Shown in pieces: positions 14,101-27,747 of a stretch of 64,000 nucleotides of DNA. The DNA is from Ptychomitrium polyphyllum (Eukaryota). The stretch is taken from the NCBI GenBank assembly GCA_973851085.1, contig OZ316775.1:6510001-6574000 (forward strand), given 5' to 3'. A program made the position numbers and the translations under genes. The notes below the pieces were generated by a model. That model saw only the letters and a list, made by a program, of their open reading frames with translations. It had not been told where the DNA came from and did not search any database. Numbering within the stretch: position 1 is the stretch's first letter; the number at the start of each line of letters is the position of its first letter.

Positions 14101-17100
14101 TAATCACTACAATTAAGAATTTTTTACAATGAAAAAAAATGAAATAAATTTTTTTTCCTATTCTTGGTTATAACAAGAGTGTTTTTAAAGCAAATTCCAA
14201 GGCATTTATTTCTGTGAAGAATGGTTTATCAAAATTTGGATGCATTAAGATGGAAGCTATGATAAAAGTTGCTTTTAAGCTTTGAAAAGCTTTTTCCGCT
14301 TTAGTTTTTCACAAAAAAGTTTCTTTGCATATTAATTGAGTAAGTAAAGCAACTATTTGAGGATAATCCTTGATGAAGATTTTATAAAAGTTTGCAAATC
14401 CAAATAAACAATGGACATTACATTCCATTTTTGGATTTGTCTACTTGTTGCTAATGTCAATCTTCTTTGGATCCATTAGTAGGCCTTCATTAGAAATATA
14501 TAGCCAAAGGATTCTACTTGTGGCTTGTAGAATATATACTTTTAAAATTGGCATTGAGGTGATGTAAAAAATTAAGAATTTTAAAAAATAAATTAGGAAT
14601 TGAAAAATGGCTAGTTTAAGAAAAGAAACAAGTGTGAACGTAGACAAGTTTGAATGAAAAGCTAGACATCAACTTGTTTTAAGCTTCTTAAAAAAAATAA
14701 AAATTTACAGGCCAAAATTAGATATTAAAAAGAAGAAGATTTTGGTAGGTTAGGAGAAAAATATTTTAAATATGCTTTTAATTATGTTTGTATTAATAAA
14801 TATTGACTTAAGAGGGTGATTTTATCAAATAAAAGAAAAAGGAAGTTAAAATAAATAATAAATTTTCACATAGAGTTGAAAATTTTGGGTAAAGGTTTAG
14901 ATTTATAAATGGATTGATATTTATTGTAATTTCTTGATTTGATAAGAATTAATACTATAAAAATTTGTGTTTCATCATCTTATTTTTTTGTTGAAAAATT
15001 AGTAGCAACCAAAGGCTTAGTATTTTTTTCAAAACAAACTTTTTATTACTACAATATATAATCCAATATCTTGTAGGTTTTGCAAAATAAATTGGATATG
15101 TTATTCATGTTCTTTTGAATTCTCTAAATACATCAAAATATCATTCAAGTAGCATACAATAAAGTCATTAAGATATTCACAAAATATATTGTTTATTAAA
15201 TGTTTGAATATGGTGGCGTTTTAGTGAGTTCAAAAGGCACAACATTGTATTCAAAATGTCCATACGTTGTTTAATATGTTGTCTTCCATTTGTCCACCTT
15301 TTTTATATGCAGGTAGGCTCTTTGTAGATCTATTTTAATATAGATTTTTGCATGACCAAGTTGATCAAAAAGTCTAGGTATTAACAACAATGGACATTGA
15401 TTCTTTAGTGTCACTTTATTGAAGCCGCAATAGTCAACATACATTTATAAAAATTCATCTTTTTTCTTTACAAATAATATGGATGTTCCAGTAGATGATT
15501 TGGAATGTTGGATGAAACCCTTTTTAAGGCTCTTATCAATATATTTTATTAAGACAGCAAACTCAATTTGTAATAGATTGTAGATAGGCCTAAAATGTGG
15601 TTGGACTCTTTCTTGTAGCTCAATGGCACAATTTTAAGGCCAATGTTTGAATTTATATGTGCATTTTTTTTTTTCAAATACATCCATACAATCTAAATAT
15701 TATTGAAATATGTTTTAAGTAACATTTGTTATATTGCTATTCACTAATGTAGTATAAATGACATAGATAGTATTACCTTTTACAGCTCTTATAAATGCTT
15801 TAGCTCCAATAAATGATAGCTAAAGATATTACCTACCTTGATAATCCTTTTATGAACCCATAATTTGTAAGCGCCAATTAATATAAGGATTATGCAATTC
15901 AAACCAAGATAAGCTCTAAACAATTGGATTTGTTTAATACTTGATGATATTAAAAATAATCTTAGATACTTGATCTTCTAAAATGACCTCCAAAGGCTAA
16001 GTTTCTTCTATAATATTATTGGATGCAAAAATTATCATCGATAACTTCAATGGGTGCAAAGTATTTCTTGTGCACAAGCATCAATTAGTATTTGATTGCA
16101 AAATCCTTGTCCATAAAACATGCTCATGTACCTTTGCCTATTTGGCAACTTGATTTTTATTACTAAAAACTTGGTTTTTATTACTAAAAACTTCACCATT
16201 TGGCAACTTGATTTTTATTAGAAGCGTAAAACAAGGAGTAGGATTTGAAAGTAGTAAAAGACCTTTCTTTAATGATTGATTCTTGGTGGTGTCCAGCTCT
16301 ATAGCCTCAATTGTGATTCAAATGTCTTTGTTTTCCAACTTCTTCATTTTTACTTTTATGCTCCAAGCCTTGCAATTGAATTCCTTGGTTTAATAGTTCT
16401 AATTTTACGTCCAAGTTTACCACAATATAGACTCAAATATCTTTTTGACTTTTTTTTCTTTCTTTTGGAGTTAAGTGCTTAAATTGAACAACATCAATTT
16501 GCATAGGTTTTAATTCCAATAATAGAGAATCTAATATTGATAAAGAATCCATTGCCATACTTTGATATGTTGGTATTTATCCCTAAAGTTATTCTTGGCG
16601 TCTTTCAAATAGTGTGTTATCACACTCTATTATTTGAATAATGTATTTGTTCAATATATTAACTTTTGGCATAGTGAACAACAAATCTTTTATGTTCTTC
16701 TTCAAGTCCCATTAGAATTTGTTGATTAGGGCCTTATTATTCCAATCAAGGTTGCAAGTCAAATGACAAAACTTTGCAATGTATGTAACAACTGTGTATT
16801 GTCCTTGTTGTAGACTTTCATTCTTGTTTCAGCCACCTTCTTTTAGTTGATGTCTCCAAATGTAGATGTTAATGCATTTATGAATGCAATCAAGTTATTT
16901 GACAATAGTAACTTCTTTTTTGTTAGTAGTGCAAGCCAAAATAATGCATTGTTTGATAGAAAAGCGGCTACAAACTCAACTTGTATAGTATCATCAAGAT
17001 AGCAAGATCAATGCAAACTTAAAAAAAGCTTACCTTTTAAAACCTCTCAACTTTGATCTCAATCCATCAAATTTGATTTGCATATTAATTTTTGGCTTTG

Positions 17101-18411
17101 TATGAAGTTGGTGTAAAACTTCTTTTTCAATGTTGCCTTCTAGAAATTGAACTTCTTGATATAAGCTTTAAATATCACTACTGAATTTTTCAATATAAAA
17201 AATGTGTTTTTCAACATTGTTAGTAGTATTGAAGCGAGTAAGCTCCATCCAAACTGTATTTATTAACTTTTGAAGGTTTACAACAATTGCAAATCTGTTC
17301 TTTGATGTTTTTGGTATGTTAGTCATAACTTCAAGAAATTTATAAATTTTTAAAAGAATGATCAACATATTCATAATTAATAAAGGCAAAAAAAACCAAT
17401 ATTTAATATAGAAGAGAATAATCTTCGTCCATTAAAAGATTGATCTTTTTTTAAAAGAAATAATGTTTGCTTTCAAAGAGAAAAAAATCAATTTAGCTGT
17501 AATATTAGCTTAGAAGAGAATAATCAGCAATTTCTAAGAAGCTCTAGTATCTTAAAAAAGATGAATGAATGAGCTACTATATATCAAGAATTAAGGACCA
17601 TAACAAAGTTCAAGATAGAAGGTCGAAACTAAACAATAAGAGATGCATGTTAATGGGCTACTGAGTGTTATATCTGGTACTACCAAACTTTTTCTACCAA
17701 TCTTTTCCTATTAAAACTACCAAACATCCTCCAACGGTAATTATTGAATAATAGTAGTAGTCTGTTAGTTTAGACAAACAGATATAGATCCACTTTTATA
17801 GGATCTTGAATCTAATATTTAAACCCTCAACCAAGAGAGTTGAGGATCTGTTGTATTTGGCTTTGTTCTATGAAACAAGTTATACACTCCATCCTTTGAT
17901 TCATTTATCAATTTCATCTTTGAGTATATTTATATGCAGAATTGTCCATTCTAGCAATCTCTATAGTAATTTACAGTTTGTTCCTTACTACAACTATGTC
18001 TCTTCCATTTGGTAGTATCGACTGTAAATTCATATAGATTGTTTTTCCTAAATCTAAATGCTTTAGCAAGGAACTACCAATTTTCAGAGTACACGGTAGT
18101 TACTAATCATAATATTGGTATAGCTGATTTTTTTTAAATAAGGATTTCTAGTAAGAAACTACCAAATTATCGATTACTCGGTAGTTACAGACCATAACCA
18201 TTACTAATTGTAACAATGCATTGTTAAAATTGAAGATTTTTTCAACCTTGAATCTTATGTATATTAGGACTATATGCATTAGAAGCTTTTTAAGAAGCTT
18301 TTAATATAATGCTTTGTACTCAAGTGACCTTGGATTGCTTTATTGGTAACTTCTTTAGCCAAGGTAACTTCTTTAGAAGCTTCTTTAATCAAAATAACTT
18401 ATTTTTAAGCT
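11158..18411 (-). mobile_element. Old, heavily degenerate Ty3/Gypsy chromovirus
   Basis: Minus-strand remnants in order: gag (MTNIPKTSKNRFA, ~17330), protease (~16000-16250), RT (~15050-15600), RNase H, integrase (IVDQLTKMA, ~13260) and chromodomain (PPPLMKINDHHEFEM..YLVYW, ~12360-12490). The 3' LTR is ~11158-11514. The 5' LTR is ~17560-18411 and is interrupted by later insertions. There is also an AT-rich insert at ~14526-15012. Boundaries are approximate. Confidence 0.85.
17648..18215. mobile_element. Solo LTR (568 bp) nested in the 5' LTR of the old chromovirus
   Basis: TGTTA...TAACA termini and a perfect 5-bp TSD ATGCA (17643-17647 / 18216-18220). Homologous to 37364-37929. Confidence 0.9.
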
Positions 18412-19650
18412 TGTGTGAGCTGTAGATTCAGTTCATTATAGATTTTATAGCTCATTATAGATTATAGATCTCTTAAAAAAATGACAAAATTTAACATAGT
18501 AGAAGAGATTAGGTCTAATTAGGGCAAAAGACATTGGATTATAGTTGTTATTAAAGGAACTAAAGGGCAAGTGGGCAGATACTCATGGTCCATGATACTT
18601 AAGGCCAATGCAAGAATGGAATTATAGAAAGAAAGATGAATTCTACAACTTGAATATATTTGAAGATAATTTTATAATTATACCTAAATTTAGAATGATC
18701 ATCTAAATCTAGAACAATTGTTGATTTTAGAATTGTAGCTATATTTAAAATTTCTAAAGTTAGAGAAAGTTATTATTACAATTTGGTTAGGAAATTCAAG
18801 AATTGAGGGAGGGTATTTAAGGAGTAGTTAGAGTAATTTGGAGGGGGCTTGGAAGAACAAGATTTAGAGAATTGGAATTATAAAGAATTGAATTAGCAAT
18901 AGAAAGGGAGAAAGAAGTTTTTTAGAAGAAAGTCTTAGAGGAAGAATTTTTGAGGGAATGAGAGAATAGCAAGTAAGTTTGATAGAAGTGGAAATGAAGT
19001 AAGTAAGAATTAAGGTTGATGCAGTAGTTTTAGGAAGGAATAGGTGGAGTAAGAGTTAGCAAGTGTTTGAAAGGGTATAGAAGAAGAGGACAGCCTTCAA
19101 TTGAATAGAATTTTGTGGTTGGTTTTTTTCCTTCTTCCCGAGCTTGCACGGGGGAAATAGTACTAAACAAGTTACAAACAGGGTTTTAGCGTAGTCTCCA
19201 ATTAGCAGCATGGAAGAGGAATTTAAGTCGCGATTGTAGTGTGGAGGCGGCACAAAACCAATCGGAAACCTGGTCGGAATCCTAAGCCGCAATTCGCGTA
19301 GCGAAGATCTGTAACGGACTAGCAGTGGCTTTGAGCACTAGACAACTGGTCCTTGGCAACCTAGTGTGTCCAAATATCAACCTCGACATTGCGATTAGCA
19401 AGGCTTTATTCCGGGCACGAACTGAAAGTAGCAACCCTGCTAGATAGTATTGCGGCGAGGATTAGTAACTACAACGAAGACCAATATTACGGCGAGGACG
19501 AGTAACTACGGTGAGGATGAGGAGCTAAGTGCATTAGCAAAGAATCAGTGCCGGCCGACAACCAACCGCAAGCAATAACAAGCGGAGTGGCAGAGGCTTG
19601 GAGAATTTAGAACTAGCCTAACTTAGGTTAAGTTGAATTCAGGGGTGACA
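18412..19650. mobile_element. LTR-like insertion of another family (~1.2 kb)
   Basis: Interrupts the old LTR, starts with TG and ends GGGGTGACA. It has a TATTTAA box (~18814), a GA-rich tract and a CpG-rich segment with ~18-19-bp imperfect repeats. No TSD found. Confidence 0.5.
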
Positions 19651-21863
19651 AGAATCTTAGTTGTAACATTAGTTGTAGAAGACTAGAATTAAGATTAAAT
19701 ATTTCACTTAGGGTTAGCCATGTTGCTTAGTCTTATATGCAAGATGGCTATTAGTGTTGAATTAGAAAATTAGCCCATTAAAACATTACTTTTACACTAA
19801 ATTTGATGTTTTTCTTAATAATGTTTGAAATAAGCACTTCAAAAATGAAAAGTGTTATTTGTATGAAAGGAATTGATTAAGCTCATTATGTGTATAGTTA
19901 ATCCATATTTAAAGTTGATTGATATATTATACATTGGTAAATAAAAAACTGCTTATTTTATGAATCATTTCTCATTTTTTTTATAGAAAGAAACCCAATA
20001 TGTTTTTCTTAATAGGTGCTTTATTTTGGACATGCACTATAATAGTAAATTACAAGATAAACTTCCATCTCAAACAATCATGCATTGTGATTCTATTTTA
20101 TTTAATTTGCCATGATTTTTTGGCGTTGATCCATTATTTTAAATCTTAGAAAAAATTCACTTTTTAATTCCCTCTTATCTTCCTTCTTACTACTTTTTTC
20201 TTTCTTCATTATTTTACTCATTCTTTGCTTATTTTTTGCATTCAAATGTATAAATATTCTACTCTTATGTCAATGATGCATTATTTGATAAACAAAATTT
20301 ATTTACTAAAAATAATCTTAAGGTTAGATCTATTATAAACACCCAATAGGTTTCTAATATAATTCTAAAGTTCCAAAATACTTCTAAAGACCTTATCAGG
20401 CCCTTCAATTGGATTTATAATTAAATGACAAAATTCAATGGTTCCACATGTATAAAAAGATTAAAAAAAAAACATACTTTATTAGACAATTTGTATGCTA
20501 TATTACTTTTCATCCTATTATAATACATCTATTCCATTCTATTTTTGGTATAGCATAAATGTTCAATGAAGAAAAATTAGAAAAATGAGAATGATCAAAG
20601 GAACTCAAGGAGGGCCTTTACATTCCATATATCTTTTTCTAAGATCCTAATTGCTATAGGCTTTCAAATAATCTTCATTGTTGAATAGAATTTTTTGATC
20701 TTGCAAATGATAGATGAAAGTTTGTTAGATGGAAACAAGGTAACTAGGCTACTTGGTGGTTCTAGAAACTTGATTAAAATCTTAATTAATACTATTCATT
20801 ACTATATAGGATACATGTCATCTATGTTATGGTTGTTCTTATCAAGAAGTGATCCATATTGTAATTTGTAATTGTTATTCTTCTCCATTTTTACTCACGT
20901 GTCTTTTATTCACAAAAAAAAAAGCACTTTAGAGAAGAAATTTGGCATTTCTCCTCCAAAGCTTGCAGTTATTTAGTATAAAGGCTAATTTACACCTTAT
21001 TTTGCAAGAGATTGGAAAAGCAAAATAAATCAACCAAATTTATAGAAATTTGAGGCTAAAGACAATTTATAGGAGAAAAGACAAACAATAAAATAATAAA
21101 AATAAAAATATTCTCCTATAGACAAGTTTTTGAATCGCGATTCCAAAATCACCTATCTCCTTGAAACATTTTGATTCATAACTTCCAAAATCAAATTTAT
21201 GAACCCATATAATGAATAAGTATTTGTGTACTATTTATGGAAGTTGATAAGTAAAAATATGCCACCAAAGAAAAGAATTTGCACAACAAAAACAACTAAT
21301 ATTATAAAATTTATAAAATCAATTTTAGTTTAAATTAATCTCTATTTAAGCTCAAAAACCTTCATCTTTTCTCAATTGTATTCAAATTATTTAAAAAGAA
21401 CTATTTGTTAATTTCTAGAATAAAATGTAGTTCTACAACTTTGTATACTTCATTTGTAAATCTTTTTTTTAAGTATATTTCAAAACATGAAGAAGTTTCA
21501 CCACTTTTAACTAGCAAAATTTCTCAAAGATATTCTTTTCAAAAAACTAAAAATACTATTGTCAAATTTCATCAAATTCAATTAAAAAATGAAGTCAATA
21601 TGCAATATACATTCAACAATAAGATTTTGCAATGCATTTTGTATTTTATTGGATGTTTATTCCAATAAAATACATGACATACTGGAGTAATGTATAGAAG
21701 ACAAATTACAAATAGTTTTTTTAATTTATTATACATTAGACACAGTCCTTTTTGTTCATCTTAATAACAAACAAGAAGCATATAAAAACATATTTCTGAT
21801 ATATATTTTGTATAAACTACTCATATAACATGCATAATCTTATTGTATTATAAATGCAATTTT

Positions 21864-22015
21864 TTTGCTAATTTTACAACATATGAAATTCATTGTAAAT
21901 AATTTTTTTTGCTAAACAATTCACGATTCAAATGCAGTATTTGCTAATTTTACAACATATGAAATTCATTGTAAATAATTTTTTTTGCTAAACAATTCAC
22001 GATTCAAATGCAGTA
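21864..22015. repeat. Perfect 76-bp tandem duplication
   Basis: 21864-21939 = 21940-22015 (tttgctaattttacaac...aatgcagta). Confidence 0.9.
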
Positions 22016-22606
22016 GATATAGATCCAAATAATTTAAACATTTAAGGATATTTAAAGGCATGATTTTTAGAAAGAAAAAATTCCATTAAAAAGTTATGTA
22101 TTAATTGCAAATTCAAAGAAAACATGACTTTACGCTTTATTCAAATTTCATATGAGGTTTCAACATAAACTTATATATGATTTAGTTTGCCTATCTTCTT
22201 AAGGTTCAACTTTCATTCACAATGGTTTCTATAAAATATTCAAAAATAATAGATGTTTAATAAATTTTTAAATTCCCAATAACCTTGGTGAAAACCATTT
22301 ATTCTTGAATTTGGAAAAATGTCTCTTGGACATAGAAAAATGTATTATTTAGTGTCCATAATTGGTCGTTTTTTATTATAGCATCATTAATTGGTTGTAT
22401 TGCAATTATGGTTGTTAATTCTAACTAGTCATTTAAGCAAATAATCAAGAAAAATTTGGCTTATAATTCATAGAAGCCATGATTGATAATTATTTCTATT
22501 GTTCATTTTTTCAACTATGTTGTAAAATAATCATATTAAATTTTTTATAAGGATTATTTCAAAATAGGTTTTCAAACTATTATAAATTTGATTTCTTTCT
22601 CATTAT

Positions 22607-25600
22607 TGTCATGGTCATAGATCATGCAATATACTCTTTGGAACCTTCTAGGAACTTCAAGTATGTAATAATAGCTTCTTAAAATACCTTCAATGTCTCC
22701 ATAGCTGTTTCTATCATTTTGAAAAACTTCCAAAGAAGGTTCCATAGACTTCTAAAACATTCTTAAGCCTTGTAGGAAGCTTCTTTAGAAGTATCTTAAG
22801 AGATACAAGCATCATAGTATAAATAGGAGGCAAGACAAGGTATACCTTACTCTTGCCAATATAAGTTGTAGATCATTTTGTATCCCACCTTGCTCTCTAA
22901 TCTTTGTATCAAGTTCTTGTTAATCATTAGCTCTTTGGAAGCTAATTCTTAAGAAACACTTTGTTTCTGCTTCTTGTTTCTTATGTCCCTAATAATTTGG
23001 CAAGACTACTCTTTATCTTTGTTATTATTAAAGTTTAGGTTCTTTGAAGAAAATAGTAGATTATTCATCTTCTTTAGGATCCCATAGCATTTTAGTAGTT
23101 GCGGACTACCTTCTTGTAAGCTAATACCATAAATTGGTTTTTTCTTCTAAAAGCAAGTACTATTTTTTTTGAAAAAGGATCAATCTTTCAAATGACGTGG
23201 ATTATCCTCTTTTAAAGATACTCATACTTTTTTTTGTCTTTGATAGTTTGAAGTAATGGATAAAATGCTTGGAACATCAGAGAATAGGTTTGCAACTATT
23301 GCAAACCTTCAAGAATTATTAAACACAGTTCAAACAGAACTCGCTCGCTTCAATACCTCCAATAACTTAGAGCAGCACACATGGCAAATTGAAGAATCTA
23401 ATGGCAATATTCAAAGTTTATATCAAGAAGTTATTTGATTATAAGAGGCCAATATTAAAATAGAAGGCTTACGGCAAAACCATGCAGAGTCAAAGATTAG
23501 TATGCCAGATAAGTTTAATGGATCAAGATCAAAGTTGAAAAGCTTTATTCAACAAATAAGGCTTATTTTGCATCAATTTAATTATCATGATGGTACTATC
23601 CAAGTGGAATTTGTAGCCACTCTTCTATTAAATAACGTGCTAGCGTAGTTTGCACTACTAATAGGGAATCAGTTACCATTATTGAACAATTTGGATGCTT
23701 TCATGGAAGTGTTGACATCTATTTTTGGAGACACCGTCGGAGAGAGGGTGGCTAAAACAAAGATCCAGAATCTACAACAAGAATAACGCTTGGCTGCTAC
23801 ATATACTGCAGAATTTCAACAACTAGCTTGCGGCCTTGATTTGAATGATAAGGCATTGATCATACGCTTTTGATGGGGCCTAAGAGAAAATGTAAAGGAC
23901 TTGATACTCACAATGCTAAAAGTTGGAACATTGGACAATTCATCACTCAAGCAATAGCATGAAACAATAGACTATCTGAAAGGCGCCAATAACAACGCTT
24001 GGGATGGTGTCTCGTATATCAAGGTATGGCAACCATTTCTTCAAAAGTATTGGAAAATCCACTTTAAGGACCAGAACCTATGTAAATTGATTCTATCCAA
24101 TAAAGATGGTTGATTCTTGAAGAAAAAAATAGGCATCAAAGAGGAAATCTATGTTTGTATTGTGGCAAGTTTGAACATAAAGTGCACAATTGCCAAATCA
24201 CAAGATCTACCTTTAAGGCTCAAAGTACAATAGTGGAGTTGAAAAATGAAAATATCCAGTCACAGTAGAGACCATGCAACTAGACACCACAAAGAAACGA
24301 CCATCAGATCAAGGCCTCTTATTATATCCAACCCCCACTTCTTGTTTTACATTTCCTATCAAAATTTAATTATTAGATGATGAAATATTTAGTGAAGCTC
24401 TTTTAGACACTAGTGCAATGACATGCTTTATGGATAAGAATTTTGCAACAAAATACAACATGATACTTGTGAATAAAAAATATCCCGTAACTATTGAAGT
24501 TATTAATGGATAATTTCTTGCATCTAGCAATGCTATTGAAGAAATTCAATCCTTGGAGGTTATTCTAGGAAACCAAGTAACTAAGATTGTCTTCAATATC
24601 ATTTAATGCCAAACAAATTCTATTATCTTAGGCCTTCCTTGGTTTGAATTACATAATTTAGACATTGATTGGCGTTTACAGAATGTGGTATTAAGGATAA
24701 GACGTCAAGGTACAAGAAATCTTGAACCATTATTTATTGGAGCTACAACATTCACGAAAGCGGCAAAGGATAAATTAATTTATGCCATTTATGCTGCCCA
24801 ATGCTTGACTCTATACTAAAGACTAATCAGGGTATATTATATCAATACCAAATTTACAAAGACGTTCTTGAAAAGAAGAATGGAGACATATAACTTAAAC
24901 GCCGACCTTATAATTGTACCATCAAATTGCAGAAAAGGTAATCAACCACCTTTTAGACATATTAATATTTTATGACACCAAGTTGACTCCTTCAAAGAAA
25001 ATATTGATGAAAACCTTGAAAAAGGCTTTCCAAATTTGACTTTGTCATTACCTATCAACTTGATATTCTATAAGGTAAGTTGGATGCTTTATCTCAAAGA
25101 TCTTCTTTAGTTCCTCAATTTGAAGATGATGTTGTCGATCAACAAAAGATTGTTTTATTGAAGCCACAAAATCTTCAAATGAAAGCAACAATTATTGCTA
25201 CAACATTCAATCTAGACAAAATATGGAGAGCTTTGAAGGATGATGTCTTTGTTTCAAATGTAAGAAAAGGCCTCAAAAACAACAGAGGTCTTTCAAATAG
25301 TGATGAGGACTTTGAATTCGAAGAGGCCATACTTTATTATAAGGGACTTTTGTATCTACTTCTAGGTCCTTTGCAATTAAAGATCCTCTAAGCACATCAT
25401 GATTTTTCAGCAATAAGATATTTTGGATTCAATAAAACAATGGAATTGATTGCTAGAGACTATTGGTGGCTACAAATGTGGAGATACGTGAAGAAATTTG
25501 TTTGATCATGCAACACTTGGCCAAGGGCCAAGATACTAAGACACCAACCTCATGGCTTTTTCCATCCATTTTTTGTGCCAAAGGATCCATGATTGTCATT

Positions 25601-27747
25601 GTCAATGGATTTTATCACAAACCTTCCAAACTCTAGTTTTAAAGATTCTATCTTACTAGCAATGGATTGGATTACCAAAATGGCGCATTTCATTCCATGC
25701 AATAAGATGGTAACGGGAGAAGAAAGTGCCAAGTTGTTCCTAAATCACGTCATCCGTATACATGGACTACCAAATGATATTCTTTCTGATCAAGGGCCAC
25801 AATTAATTTCCAACTTTTGGAGGCTCTATTCCAATTGTTGTGCATGAAGATCAACTTTTCTTCACCACATCATCCACAGAATGATGGTCAAATCAAATGT
25901 TTGAATCAAGTTTTGGAGCAATATCTTTGTTGTTGCATAAACTACTTGCAAGCCAGCTGGATGAATTTCTTGCTTTTGGCAGAGTTTGCTTACAACAATA
26001 CGATGCAATCTTCAACAATTCAAAGTTCATTCTTTGCAAACTATGACCATCATCCTCAAACAGACCCATTTCAAGTCAAGCATGTTGGAAGTCCTATAGC
26101 AGAGGGTTTTGCAGCTCAACTTGCTAAAATCCACCAAGTATTTGCTTTCCAGTTACAAAAAGCTCAAAATTGTTACAGAAATTATGAAAACCATTATCGA
26201 AAGGACCATCCAAAGTTCAAGATTGGAGATAGCATATGGCTCCTATGACAAAACATACAAAAAAAAAGATCGTAGAAGAAGCTGAATTATCAAAGGTTGG
26301 AACCGTTTGAAATCAATAAATAGATAAATCTAGTCAATTATCACCTCAAATTACCTTTAACCATGCAAATTCAACCAATGTTCCACGTATCTTTGTTGGA
26401 AACCTATAATAAGATTTATATATACTAAAGAAGGTTGTTCCTCTGCCTCCTATTGTAGAAGTTAATAATTAAATGGAATATAAAGTTAAAGAAATTTTAG
26501 ATTCACGTATCAAAAATGGACGTGTAGAGTACTTTATACATTGGCAAGGATATGGTATCAATGACCAAATATGAGAACCTTCAATGTACATAACAAATGC
26601 ATCTTACAAGGTACGCAAATTTCATCAAAGGTATCTTCATAAAGCAAGTAAATGATGACGTATTATTAGTAGCTTCACGGAGAAGTTTTTTCCATAGACA
26701 AGTATAAGAAAGGAGGAGAAATATCCAAACCTCCAATTGTATGCAATATTATTTCCAAGATAGATCATATTCACATCCTAGTTAGTATAACAAATCTTCA
26801 AGTTATAATGAATATGCATGAAGAGTGGTCGGTAGTGCCTCCTTCAACAACAGCACCTGTTGAACCAACTCAACTTTTTTAATCTTCAATATTGAAGGAT
26901 CTAAGCCAAGATATGAAAGAGATATTCCAACGTCAAATGCAACCTTGTACAAAAATATTGGCTAGTCGCCTTTTACATTCCAGTCTTTATTCAAATGCTC
27001 GAGCCCTAATCATTTTGTTAGAAATTGGAAGATGTACTCCTAGAAGACTTGAGATCCTATTTGGAGGATGTTTTGAAGGATTTAATCAAGATCAAATCTT
27101 AGGCTAGGACATTTCAACAACAAATGTTTTGGCTAGGGATCATCAGCACTTATTGTAAGGACCAGTTGAACGAGTAGGCAAAGAACAACGAGCAAAATAT
27201 ATTGCTTCTCTTCTTCAACAAATTTTGGAAATTGTAGAGATATGAAGAGCAAGCTACAAAAAGAGTTTGTCATGTGACTTGTTACTAAACGGGGAGGTGA
27301 TGTCACAAACATTAATCATACAACATAGTCTTTAGAATATCTAGAACCTTTTGATATATTATAGTAGCTTCTTAGAATACTTTCAATGTCTCTATAGTTT
27401 TTTTTTTTATCTTGGGAAAATTTCCTAGGAAAGTTCCATCACCTCAGGATACTTCTTGGGATGGTTCTATCACGTTAAAAAACTTCTTTGAAAGATTCTA
27501 TGGACTTCTAAAACATCCTGAAGCCTTGTAGGAAGCTTCATCACAAGTATTATAAGACATACAAGCATCATACTATAAATAAAAGGCAAGACAAGATATA
27601 CTTTAGTCTTGCCAACACAAGTTGTGGATCATATTGTATATTGCCTTGCTCTAGTCTTTGTATTAGCTTTATTAATCATTAGCTCTTTGGAAGTTAATTC
27701 TTTAGAAAATACTTCATTTTTGCTTCTTGTTTCTTGTATCCATAATA
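22607..27747 (+). mobile_element. Degenerate Ty3/Gypsy chromovirus (RLG1/Tcn1-like), two LTRs, internal RT-RNase H deletion
   Basis: 5' LTR 22607-22994, 3' LTR 27301-27747, PPT GGGGAGGTGA at 27291-27300 and TSD ATTAT/GTTAT (4/5 match). Gag starts at 23256 and has a CCHC knuckle. The protease motif EALLDTSA is at 24394-24417. Integrase (SMDFITNLP) and chromodomain remnants follow. Many stops. Confidence 0.93.
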
